From Octopus bimaculoides (Eukaryota): a DNA stretch of 33,947 bases. Below the pieces are notes generated by a model. The model made no database searches. It saw only the letters and a list, made by a program, of their open reading frames with translations, and was not told the DNA's origin. How positions within the stretch are numbered: the stretch's first letter is position 1; the number at the start of each line of letters is the position of its first letter. Positions 1-10,095 of the stretch are shown here, piece after piece. The stretch is taken from assembly GCF_001194135.2 (NCBI RefSeq), contig NC_068982.1:188503386-188537332 (forward strand). Direction: 5' to 3'. The position numbers and the translations under genes were made by a program.

Positions 1-40
1 GTGGAGGACACTTATTTAGGGACCCTGCTTTTTATATATT

Positions 41-42
41 GG

Positions 43-85
<43 letters not shown>

Positions 86-245
86 GTTCAGGTTTTAGAT
101 GATTTGTTTGTGTGTGTATGTGTGTCTGTGCATATGTGTATGTCTTTTACTGTATGTGTTTGATATTTGTAATTTTGTTATTTCTGTGTGTGTGTATGAG
201 TTTGNNNNNNNNNNGTGTGTGTGTGTGTGTATGAGCACGTGCACT
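41..245. repeat. (GT)n/(GTAT)n microsatellite mosaic
   Basis: Direct reading of long gtgtgt tracts. Confidence 0.95.
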
Positions 246-484
246 TTTCTCAGGTCCCCCCCCCTCCGTAACGTGATTTCCAGTTCCTTGTTACGTCTCT
301 CTCTCCATTCTGCCCAACTATTTTTTTTGTATTCTTGTTTCATTGTTTCTTTTCTTTTTCTTTTGTTTCTTGTTTTTTTTTCTTCTTTTAATTTCTTTTC
401 TTCTTTTTCTTCATGGCAAATATCTTGTACCGTAATCTTCTCTTTAGCGTTCATGTAGAAATGCAAGACATCGTAATTTATAAT

Positions 485-738
485 AAGGATAATAATACTA
501 ACGATAATGATGATGATGATGATAATAATAATAATAATAGCATCGGTAATAGTACCATCACCACCATCATCATCATCATCACCACCAACATCTTCATCAC
601 CATCATCTTCATCACCACCAACATCATCACCACCACCAGTATCATCAATAGTTATTATCATTATTATTATTATTATTGTTTTTAATATTGTTGTTGTTAT
701 TATTATCATCACTGTTGTTATTGTTGTTGTTGTTGTTT
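485..738. repeat. Compound trinucleotide microsatellite (GAT/AAT/CAT/CAC/TAT/GTT)
   Basis: Direct reading; it explains the homopolymeric I/D/T/S ORFs at 95-740. Confidence 0.95.
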
Positions 739-1204
739 AGTTATGTAGCCGTTTGTCTTGTAATGCATTGTTTGGCATCAGTCCGGCTGATGACATCAAC
801 TGGAAGTTTTGTGTATTTTGGTAAATTTTGGTACAGAAAGGAAGGGGNNNNNNNNNNNNNNNNNNNNNNNNNNNNNNNNNNNNNNNNNNNNNNNNNNNNN
901 NNNNNNNNNNNNNNNNNNNNNNNNNNNNNNNNNNNNNNNNNNNNNNNNNNNNNNNNNNNNNNNNNNNNNNNNNNNNNNNNNNNNNNNNNNNNNNNNNNNN
1001 NNNNNNNNNNNNNNNNNNNNNNNNNNNNNNNNNNNNNNNNNNNNNNNNNNNNNNNNNNNNNNNNNNNNNNNNNNNNNNNNNNNNNNNNNNNNNNNNNNNN
1101 NNNNNNNNNNNNNNNNNNNNNNNNNNNNNNNNNNNNNNNNNNNNNNNNNNNNNNNNNNNNNNNNNNNNNNNNNNNNGTTATTTCTGTGTGTGTGTATGAG
1201 TTTG

Positions 1205-1502
1205 CGTTTATATATATGTATATGTATATAGTTGTGTTTGCCTGTATGTGTGTGTGTATGTATGCATATGTATATATGTGTTGTGTATAGGTATATACAT
1301 GTGTGTATACCTGAGCTTGTATGTATGTATGTATGTATGTGTATATGTAAATATGTCTATATACATGTCTATATATATATATGTATGTATGTATGTATAC
1401 ATGTGTAGTATGTATTTGTGAGTGTATATATATCTGTATGTATTTGTGAGTGTATATATATCTGTGTATGTATTTGTGAGTGTATGTATGTGTATATATA
1501 CA
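1205..1502. repeat. (TA)n/(GTAT)n/(GT)n degenerate microsatellite
   Basis: Direct reading. Confidence 0.95.
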
Positions 1503-1543
1503 TTTATTGTTTATATGTGTATGATGTACAAATGAAGATGATG

Positions 1544-1579
<36 letters not shown>

Positions 1580-1638
1580 TAGACGAATAAATAAAAAAAA
1601 AAACGGTGAAGAAGAGTGGAGAGGGGGGGGGAGCGTTC

Positions 1639-1713
1639 TGACGTCATGGGATGTGTACGGCCTACGTCATAGAGTAGCAGTGAAGAGCTTTTAATGAATA
1701 CATTGCACGCAAT
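1639..1713. promoter_or_regulatory. Candidate bZIP site cluster: full CRE palindrome, CRE half-site and C/EBP-like palindrome
   Basis: TGACGTCA at 1639-1646, TACGTCAT at 1663-1670 and ATTGC-AC-GCAAT at 1702-1713, in a short non-repeat island between microsatellites. Confidence 0.3.
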
Positions 1714-1969
1714 TATCAGAACAGGAGTTGCGGGGTTCAATACTGTGAATAGTTAATGACATGTTTTTTGTTGTCTTTTTTGTGTGTGCGTTTCTTTGTT
1801 TGTTTGACATAACAACAACAGCCTCTACATACCTTCTCTCTCTCTCTCTCTTTCTCTTTTCCTCCTTCCTCCTACGCTTCCTCTTCCTCCTCTTCTCTGC
1901 ACCCATTACATTTGTTCGTAGCCATACATTATATGCTGGGTACATCAAACATGTATGGTGTACGCCCTG

Positions 1970-2009
<40 letters not shown>

Positions 2010-2083
2010 GCAGAATCACATGCTTACACACACACACACANNNNNNNNNNCACACACACACACACGCACGCAGAATCACATGC

Positions 2084-2121
<38 letters not shown>

Positions 2122-2221
2122 TCACATGCTTACACGTCTTGTTTCTGCCTAATGGATAAATGCCAAAATATTTTCTTTTTGTTCATGAACATACTTATAT
2201 AATATAATACATATGTAATAC

Positions 2222-2255
<34 letters not shown>

Positions 2256-2486
2256 ATATGTGTAGATATATATATGTATGTGTGTATATATGTGTATGCA
2301 TGTATGTATGTGTATGTATATATATATGTGTATCAATGTATATATATATATATGTATATATGCATGTATGTATATATATGTATATGTATATATATGTATG
2401 TGTATATGCATATGTATGTGTGTATATATATGTACGTATGTATGTATGAACAACATGTGCATATATATCTGTATATATATATATAC
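1970..2486. repeat. (CA)n and (TA)n/(TATG)n microsatellites
   Basis: Direct reading; ~50 bp is duplicated across the 10-N gap at 2041-2050. Confidence 0.95.
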
Positions 2487-3056
2487 NNNNNNNNNNNNNN
2501 NNNNNNNNNNNNNNNNNNNNNNNNNNNNNNNNNNNNNNNNNNNNNNNNNNNNNNNNNNNNNNNNNNNNNNNNNNNNNNNNNNNNNNNNNNNNNNNNNNNN
2601 NNNNNNNNNNNNNNNNNNNNNNNNNNNNNNNNNNNNNNNNNNNNNNNNNNNNNNNNNNNNNNNNNNNNNNNNNNNNNNNNNNNNNNNNNNNNNNNNNNNN
2701 NNNNNNNNNNNNNNNNNNNNNNNNNNNNNNNNNNNNNNNNNNNNNNNNNNNNNNNNNNNNNNNNNNNNNNNNNNNNNNNNNNNNNNNNNNNNNNNNNNNN
2801 NNNNNNNNNNNNNNNNNNNNNNNNNNNNNNNNNNNNNNNNNNNNNNNNNNNNNNNNNNNNNNNNNNNNNNNNNNNNNNNNNNNNNNNNNNNNNNNNNNNN
2901 NNNNNNNNNNNNNNNNNNNNNNNNNNNNNNNNNNNNNNNNNNNNNNNNNNNNNNNNNNNNTAAAAATAGTAATTTTCTAATTTATAGATCAGTGACTAGT
3001 TGTCACTTTGAAAACTATATATTTTGAATGGGAATTTGGCAGCGCCACCTCTAGCC

Positions 3057-3119
3057 GAACAATTATCCTGTGCTGATGAAGGGAAATAACCCAGGAATCA
3101 TGATACACAGATATTGTTT
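3057..3119 (+). ncRNA. Degenerate minimal type-I hammerhead ribozyme motif (Penelope/retrozyme-like)
   Basis: Long stem I GAACAAT(T)AT(C)CTGTG/CACAGATATTGTTT; core CTGATGA at 3073-3079 plus extra A; stem II GGG-aaataa-CCC; AGGA in place of GAA; palindromic stem III ATCATGAT; cleavage position A3105. Confidence 0.55.
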
Positions 3120-3734
3120 TGAGCTGAGTGGGGGTGCTAGATTCCCTTATTCGAAAATATAAGGACACAGATCGTGTCGTATAGCCAGCTGGAGACGATG
3201 TCTCCTGGAACTAAATTACAGTAACATTCATCCTAAACCAGGACTGCCATGTTATGTTGGCAAACAATATTTACTCCAAAGTACTGTTGCTGAATATCTC
3301 TCGTTGTGAGATTTAAAAATAGTAATTTTCTAATCCCAGACAATGTTAGAGTAGTGACAACTCTTTAGACTTGCAGGGTACAAAGTGACCTCACTGGTGT
3401 TGGTGCCATGAAGTACACTTTGAAAAGTGGTTAGGGGAGATAAGCAGAGACAGTGCAGGGTCAGGTGAAGCTTTTAGTCTTACTGAGGACAGAGAATCTT
3501 ACTGGTGCCAGTGCTGTTATATAATGTACTTAATAGACATTGTGTTTGGTGTTTGGTGTCAGGAAGTGATTCCAGCTGCTGACAATCAACCAAAAACGGA
3601 ATTTGTGAATGAGTGAGACATGCTGTTCTGAATCATCAGGAATGGAAATGGACTCTGAATTAGGACATACTCAGATTTTGATGACCCATCAAACCCGTAT
3701 CAAGTAGATTACTTTTTTTTATATCACTTAGTCA

Positions 3735-3900
3735 GAAGGGTAAGGTCTTAGCCGTCACCGTTTATAGGGTCTTCCAGGAGTAGTGGGTATGTGGGAAGGA
3801 TGTATCCAGTAACCAAGACACTTGGTCCAAATGCTTGGCAACAGAGAGAATGGACTCTGCTAAAATCACCCAAGGACAAAAAGGACATGAAATAGTGATG
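3735..3900 (-). mobile_element. Dispersed repeat (SINE-like) fragment ending at a (CAT)n tract
   Basis: Resembles a common octopus repeat as recalled (agtccattctctctg...cccacatacccactactcctggaag); abuts the trinucleotide tract at 3895-3980. Confidence 0.45.
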
Positions 3901-4240
3901 ATGGTGATGGTGGTGGGGGCAGCTGCGGCAGCAGCAGTGGCGGCAGCGATAACAAAGATGACGATGATGATGATGATAAATAATTATTTTAATGGCCATT
4001 TTTTTTTTCCATAAAATTATAGAATATTGTTTGTGTGCGTGTGTGTGTTTATTTTTGGTGTCTGTCTGTAACACCTCTCTTCCATGAGACTCACCTCTCT
4101 TATTTATATGAATAATGAAGTAAAAATAAGGTGATCATCCACACGTGTGTGTGCGTATATGTTTATATATACACATGTGTATGTGTATATATATATGTGT
4201 ATACGTATGCAAATATATATGTATATATATATATATATAT

Positions 4241-4324
4241 ATGTGGGAGGATATACAAATAATAACAACAGACGAGGACAGGTGGTGTAAATAACAAAAG
4301 TATATATTAGTATGACGCTCGGGA

Positions 4325-4355
<31 letters not shown>

Positions 4356-4387
4356 TATGTGGGAGGATATACAAATAATAACAACAG
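4241..4387. mobile_element. 116-bp-period repeat in (TA)n; possible Penelope pseudo-LTR fragment
   Basis: ATGTGGGAGGATATACAAATAATAACAACAG occurs at 4241-4271 and 4357-4387; the segment aacaacagacgaggaca..tgtaaataa loosely resembles the right arm at 15413-15455. Confidence 0.35.
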
Positions 4388-4690
4388 NNNNNNNNNNNNN
4401 NNNNNNNNNNNNNNNNNNNNNNNNNNNNNNNNNNNNNNNNNNNNNNNNNNNNNNNNNNNNNNNNNNNNNNNNNNNNNNNNNNNNNNNNNNNNNNNNNNNN
4501 NNNNNNNNNNNNNNNNNNNNNNNNNNNNNNNNNNNNNNNNNNNNNNNNNNNNNNNNNNNNNNNNNNNNNNNNNNNNNNNNNNNNNNNNNNNNNNNNNNNN
4601 NNNNNNNNNNNNNNNNNNNNNNNNNNNNNNNNNNNNNNNNNNNNNNNNNNNNNNNNNNNNNNNNNNNNNNNNNNNNNNNNNNNNNNNNNN

Positions 4691-4745
4691 AACACACCAG
4701 CATCGGTTGTCAAGCAATGTTGGGGGTACAAACACAGACACACAA

Positions 4746-4797
<52 letters not shown>

Positions 4798-4973
4798 GTA
4801 TATGTATATATATGATGAACTTCTTTCAGTTTCTGTCTACCAAATCCACTCACAAGGTTTTGGTCAGCCTGAGGCCATAGTAGAAGACACTTACCCAAGG
4901 TGCCACGCAATGGGACTGATCCCGCAACCATGTGGTTGGGAAGCAAGCTTCTTACCACACAGCCACTCCTGCA
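4691..4973 (-). mobile_element. tRNA-derived SINE, family A
   Basis: Minus-strand head GCAGGAGTGGCTGTGTGGTAAGAAGCTTGCTTCCCAACCACATGG with A/B-box-like motifs; same body as 10471-10838 and 30620-31002. Confidence 0.85.
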
Positions 4974-4974
4974 C

Positions 4975-5009
<35 letters not shown>

Positions 5010-5013
<4 letters not shown>

Positions 5014-5232
5014 GGTGGCACGTAAAATACAGCATTTTGAGCGTGGCCGTTGCCAGTACCTCCTGACTGGCCTTCGCGCCGGAGGCACATAAAAGCACCC
5101 ACTACACTCTCAGAGTGGTTGGCATTAGGAAGGGCATCCAGCTGTAGAAACTCTGCCACATCAGACTGGAGCCTGGTGCAACCTCCTGACTTGCCAGTCT
5201 CCAGTCAGACCATCCACTTATGCCAGCATGGG
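5010..5232 (+). mobile_element. RTE-LINE 3'-end / RTE-tailed SINE copy
   Basis: Motif ACTACACTCTCAGAGTGGTTGGCATTAGGAAGGGCATCCAGCTGTAGAAAC is shared with 8982-9722, 16327-16790 and 19557-19800. Confidence 0.85.
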
Positions 5233-5462
5233 TTGGACTGTTTGACTGGGGTCTGGGAAGCGAGGAGGCTACACCAGGCTCCAGTCTGATCTGACAATGT
5301 TTCTACACCTGAATGCCCTTCCTAACGCCAACCACTTTGAGAGTGTAGTAGCTGCTTTTTACGTTCCAATGGCACAGGGGCCAGAGGGGGCTGGCATCAA
5401 CTACAATTGGATGGTGCTTTTTATGTGCCACCGGCCTGGGAGCCAGTCAAGACGGCGCTGGA
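5233..5462 (-). mobile_element. RTE-LINE 3'-end copy, inverted relative to 5010-5232
   Basis: Reverse-complement copy (GCCCTTCCTAACGCCAACCACTTTGAGAGTGTAGT). Confidence 0.85.
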
Positions 5463-5857
5463 ATATATATATATATATATATATATATATCATCATCATC
5501 ATTTATCATCTGTTTTCCATGCTGATCTAGTATTATATTTTCTAACCAGAGTTTGCAGTGGGAATACAAGTTCACCTGTGGTCCCAAGTCACAGGCATAC
5601 ATACTTTGAGACAGTGTGAGCTAAAGCTGTTCATTTTGCTGTTGATTGTTGACTGTCACAGAGGATTCACTGACCAATCCACTGCAGATTATTGGAGCAG
5701 AAATAACATGGGCTTCAGCTTGTATTCCCACTGAAATCCAAACATGAACTCCACACCTTATGAGTGAGTGACAACAACAGCTACAGCATCTGCGCTATCC
5801 AACGTGTTTGCTCTCTTAGTTGGGCATTTGTTAAATTTGCCAGCTGGACTTCTGGGC

Positions 5858-6210
5858 TACAAGCCAGAGCAGCCGTCTGGCTTCCGTGCCAGTGGCCCGT
5901 AAATAGCACCATTTGAGCGTAATCATTACCAGCGTTGCCTTCTAGCACTTGTGCTGGTGGCATGTCAGAAAATCATTTGAGCGAGGTCGTTGCCAGTGCC
6001 GCTGGACTGGCTCCCATGCAGGTGACACATAAAAAACACATTTTTGAGCGCAGCGATTGCCAGTACTGCCTGACTGGCCCTCGTGCCGGTGGCACGTAAA
6101 AGCACTCACTACACTCTTAGAGTGGTTGGCGTTAGAAAGGGCATCCAGCTGTAGAAACTCTGCCAGATCAGATTGGAGCCTGGTGCAGCCATCTGGTTTC
6201 ACCGGTCCCC
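5858..6210 (+). mobile_element. RTE-LINE 3'-end copy with internal sub-repeats
   Basis: Same motif family as 5010-5232. Confidence 0.85.
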
Positions 6211-7136
6211 ATGGTCAATAAAATAAAATACCAGTGACGTCCTGNNNNNNNNNNNNNNNNNNNNNNNNNNNNNNNNNNNNNNNNNNNNNNNNNNNNNNNN
6301 NNNNNNNNNNNNNNNNNNNNNNNNNNNNNNNNNNNNNNNNNNNNNNNNNNNNNNNNNNNNNNNNNNNNNNNNNNNNNNNNNNNNNNNNNNNNNNNNNNNN
6401 NNNNNNNNNNNNNNNNNNNNNNNNNNNNNNNNNNNNNNNNNNNNNNNNNNNNNNNNNNNNNNNNNNNNNNNNNNNNNNNNNNNNNNNNNNNNNNNNNNNN
6501 NNNNNNNNNNNNNNNNNNNNNNNNNNNNNNNNNNNNNNNNNNNNNNNNNNNNNNNNNNNNNNNNNNNNNNNNNNNNNNNNNNNNNNNNNNNNNNNNNNNN
6601 NNNNNNNNNNNNNNNNNNNNNNNNNNNNNNNNNNNNNNNNNNNNNNNNNNNNNNNNNNNNNNNNNNNNNNNNNNNNNNNNNNNNNNNNNNNNNNNNNNNN
6701 NNNNNNNNNNNNNNNNNNNNNNNNNNNNNNNNNNNNNNNNNNNNNNNNNNNNNNNNNNNNNNNNNNNNNNNNNNNNNNNNNNNNNNNNNNNNNNNNNNNN
6801 NNNNNNNNNNNNNNNNNNNNNNNNNNNNNNNNNNNNNNNNNNNNNNNNNNNNNNNNNNNNNNNNNNNNNNNNNNNNNNNNNNNNNNNNNNNNNNNNNNNN
6901 NNNNNNNNNNNNNNNNNNNNNNNNNNNNNNNNNNNNNNNNNNNNNNNNNNNNNNNNNNNNNNNNNNNNNNNNNNNNNNNNNNNNNNNNNNNNNNNNNNNN
7001 NNNNNNNATACACACACACACACACACACCTTGTTAAACTGCCAAAATTGTCTGCACATTTGAATCTTGTTGCTTCTTTGATTTTGGTATCTTATTTGTT
7101 CTCATAGTTATCTCTTCCTCCACTCTCCCCCCTCAG

Positions 7137-7174
<38 letters not shown>

Positions 7175-7371
7175 ACATTATTCACCATTTATTATTTACC
7201 AAAATCCTCCCGTCTTCCGTTATTCAATTTTCAAAACTGTGCTGCTATCGGTTTGGGAAGAAAAGTACTGGTGCTATTTATATCACTGTTCCGTTTTATC
7301 ACACGCATATATAACATTTTGTACACACACACACATACACTCACGCACACATGCAGAACATCTACCAATGA

Positions 7372-7600
7372 GGATGTCTTATGTGGTCATTGAACTTGCT
7401 AGAAGTAGCAGCCAAATATTTATTGAAATTTATCAAATGACATTGTATTGACTTTAAAACAGAAGGAGACGTTACAGGGGCCCAATGTAGTTCTAGAAAT
7501 ACAGTGTTTGAATAAAAGATGAGATGGGATCTCATCACAGGTGTCTCTCATGATAGATTTGTTCAAACAGGACTGACCTAGGGTTAATTAACAACACTCT
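7372..7600 (+). mobile_element. SINE family C fragment
   Basis: TGTGGTCATTGAACTTGCTAGAAGTAGCAGCCAAAT motif is shared with 13785-13990, 18080-18480 and 21640-21850. Confidence 0.65.
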
Positions 7601-7649
7601 ACAATCCCCACCAAACAATAAAACACATAACCTCAAACACAATTTTTGT

Positions 7650-7893
7650 GTATTTATTTACCTTTATATGTTGCAATCATTAGACTGTGGCCATGTTGGG
7701 GCATTGTCTTGAGGGATTTTTAGTCAAATGAATCAGCCCCCCCCCCTCCACATACAGATGACAGGCTTCTCTCAGTTTCCATCTACCAAATCCACTCACA
7801 AGACTTTGGTCAGCTCAAGAATATGGTAGAAGACACTCACCCAGGATGCCATGAAGTGGGACTGAACCCAGAACCATGTGGCTGGGAAGCAAA
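7650..7893 (-). mobile_element. tRNA-derived SINE family A, internally deleted
   Basis: TTAGACTGTGGCCATG 3' motif and CTACCAAATCCACTCACAAG body motif. Confidence 0.8.
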
Positions 7894-8210
7894 TGAAATT
7901 GATAAGAACAATATAAATTCAGTGGTATTATACTGATACAGTTGGAATATTTAAATGTGAAATCTGTGTTTAATGAATATTATTTAATATTACATCAATA
8001 TTTGGCCAAGAATCAATTAATTTTAACATTAAATTAATCACTTTTGTACAAATTCATTTTTCCTCTCCTTCATTAAAAGCGAATTTGTATGGCTAAACCC
8101 CACTTCGACCCTCTTTCAACTTGTTGTCCCAGAGTTTGAGGCGTTTATTTTTGGTATTTATATTATTCCAATAATCATCCAGCTGAACAATTATTCTGTG
8201 CTGATGAAAC

Positions 8211-8495
8211 GTGTCAGGAAGGTCATCCAGCCATAAATACCCTGCCAAAGCGGACACAGCAGCCTACGGTAGTTTTCTATCTGGCTGGCTCCTGTCAACT
8301 GTCCTACCCATGCATGCATGGAACACGAGATGTGAAACGATGATGATGATGATGATGATGATGATGATAGTGGTGCCATGTAACAAGAGTCCCACTACAC
8401 TTTGAAAAGTGGTTGGCATTAGGAAGGGCATCCCATCAAAGAAGCCATGCCAAGACAGACAACTGGAGCCTGGTGCAGCCTCTTAAACGATGATG
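8211..8495 (+). mobile_element. Two RTE-tail SINE fragments with (GAT)n tails
   Basis: GGAAGGGCATCC motif, (GAT)n at 8340-8368 and TTAAACGATGATG at 8483. Confidence 0.7.
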
Positions 8496-8981
8496 CTGAG
8501 GATGAATAGAACTGGAGTTACACAAGTTGGTGTTCCAAATATTTTATTGTATTGAACATCAATAATGCACATGTCATGTTGTTTTATTGTTGTTTTATAG
8601 GTGTAGAGAGCATGCAGTAAACCAGGGTATGTACACCTGCACAGGTGACCAAGGAGGGGACTAGGAGGGCAAGAGAGCATTGACCTCAGAAACACTAGAA
8701 GGAGTGGGAAGATGGAAGGAGCATGAGTATGATGGGAGAAGGCAGAGATATGCCAGGGAGTTTGTATCAGGAGTGGGAGGGACTGGCAGAGAAGGTAACA
8801 TGCTATTGGTCGGCAGCACAATAGGGTGAGGTTAGCAGGCACTGGTTAAGAGGTTGATGTGTGTGTTTACTAGTTTTACTTATATGTTTACTATTATAAA
8901 GTAGAACCTTGCAGTACGAGAGCCCCATTGTACAAGTAATTTGCTATATGAGCTGAGACCCGTGTGAAATTTTGTCTTGAA

Positions 8982-9722
8982 ATCATCATCATCATCATCA
9001 TCATTTAATGTCCACTTTCCATGCTGGCATGGATTGAACGGTTTGACTGAGGACTGGTGAGCCAGAAGGCTGCACCAGGCTCCAATCCGATCTGGCAATG
9101 TTTCTACAGCTGGATGCCCTTCCTAATGCCAACCACTCCGAGAGTGTAGCGAGTGCTTTTATGTGCCACTGGCACGAGGGCCAGTCAGGTGATTCTGGCA
9201 ACGACCACGCTCTAAAGGTGTTTTTTACGTGCTACCTGCACAGGAGCAAGTCCGGCAGCACTGGCAACAACCATGCTCAAATGTTGTTTTTCATGTGCCA
9301 CTGGCATATGTGCCGGTAAGACGATGCTGGCAATGATCACGCTCGAATGGTGTTTTTTATGTGTCACCGGCACGGGAGCCAATCCATGGCCCTGGCAACG
9401 ATCACACTCTAATGTGCTTTAAACGTTCCACTGGCACGAGTGCCAATCAGGCAGTACTGTCATCAGCCATGTCAGCGATTTTGATTTGATTTCACTTGCC
9501 TCAATAGGTCTTCGCAAGCAAAGTTTATTGTCCGATGAATGAGGAGTATTCATAAGTGGGCTGGTTACACCCACTACCTTAGGCCATAGGCTATTGTCTC
9601 ACTTGGCTTGTCGGGTCTTCTCAAGCATAGCATATCTCCAAAGGTCTCAGTAACTATCCATTGCCTCGGAAAGGCCCAATGTTCGAAGATCGTGCATTAC
9701 CATCTCATCCCAGGTTTTCCTG
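8982..9722 (-). mobile_element. 5'-truncated RTE-clade LINE: ORF C-terminus, 3' UTR and (GAT)n tail
   Basis: Minus strand 9712-9599 translates WDEMVMHDLRTLGLSEAMDSY*DLWRYAMLEKTRQAK*, matching the RTE ORF C-terminus (W.E.V..DL...GL...M..DR..WR). It is followed by the repeat-rich UTR and (ATC)n on + at 8982-9004. Confidence 0.85.
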
Positions 9723-9859
9723 TGGAAATCCGCAGTTTGAGCACACAAATCGTCCCATCTTTAAGGTAATTCAGTTAATAAAACCAGTTTACATATTTCT
9801 TTTGCATTCTCTTTTTTATAATTCTCATTTTACCTGTAACTACACCTTTTCTGTTTTAA

Positions 9860-10018
9860 AACCCCTGAAAAATTATTTCTGAGCGGTTTTGAGGCGCTGG
9901 AATGGATTAATTATATTTTAGTTCATTTCAATGGGGAAAATTGATTTGTGAAACGAATAAATCGTAAGACGAATTCAGTCATGGAATGAATTAAACTCGT
10001 ACTGCCAAGGTATCACTG
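9860..10018. mobile_element. One end of a pogo/Tigger-like (Tc1-mariner superfamily) transposon or MITE
   Basis: Terminus GGAATGAATTAAACTCGTACTGCCAAGGTATCACTG (reverse complement CAGTGATACCTTGG) resembles pogo-type CAGT-G-TACCT TIRs; no partner TIR found. Confidence 0.5.
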
Positions 10019-10095
10019 TGTTTATTGTATTTTTGTTACTTTCATTTTAAAATTTCCGTCTACCAGAAACTCACACAGTGGACAGACCCCAGTCA

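Noticed and set aside
95-1290. Long ORFs rich in poly-I/D/T/S/L or X
   Set aside because: They are translations of trinucleotide microsatellites and N-gaps with no domain content
2130-3027. Y/I/M/C/V dipeptide-repeat ORFs (also 10983-11559, 26801-27410, 31610-32606)
   Set aside because: TA/GT/CT microsatellites and Ns lack stop codons, so these are artefacts
3072-3127. C/D-box snoRNA reading (CTGATGA ... CTGA)
   Set aside because: Only ~55 nt between the boxes, no terminal stem closing both, and the hammerhead fold explains the sequence better
8601-8626. 26-nt + strand microexon (TTTTATAG|G ... AGG|GTATGT)
   Set aside because: Not a multiple of three, no compatible neighbouring exon found, and no recognisable peptide
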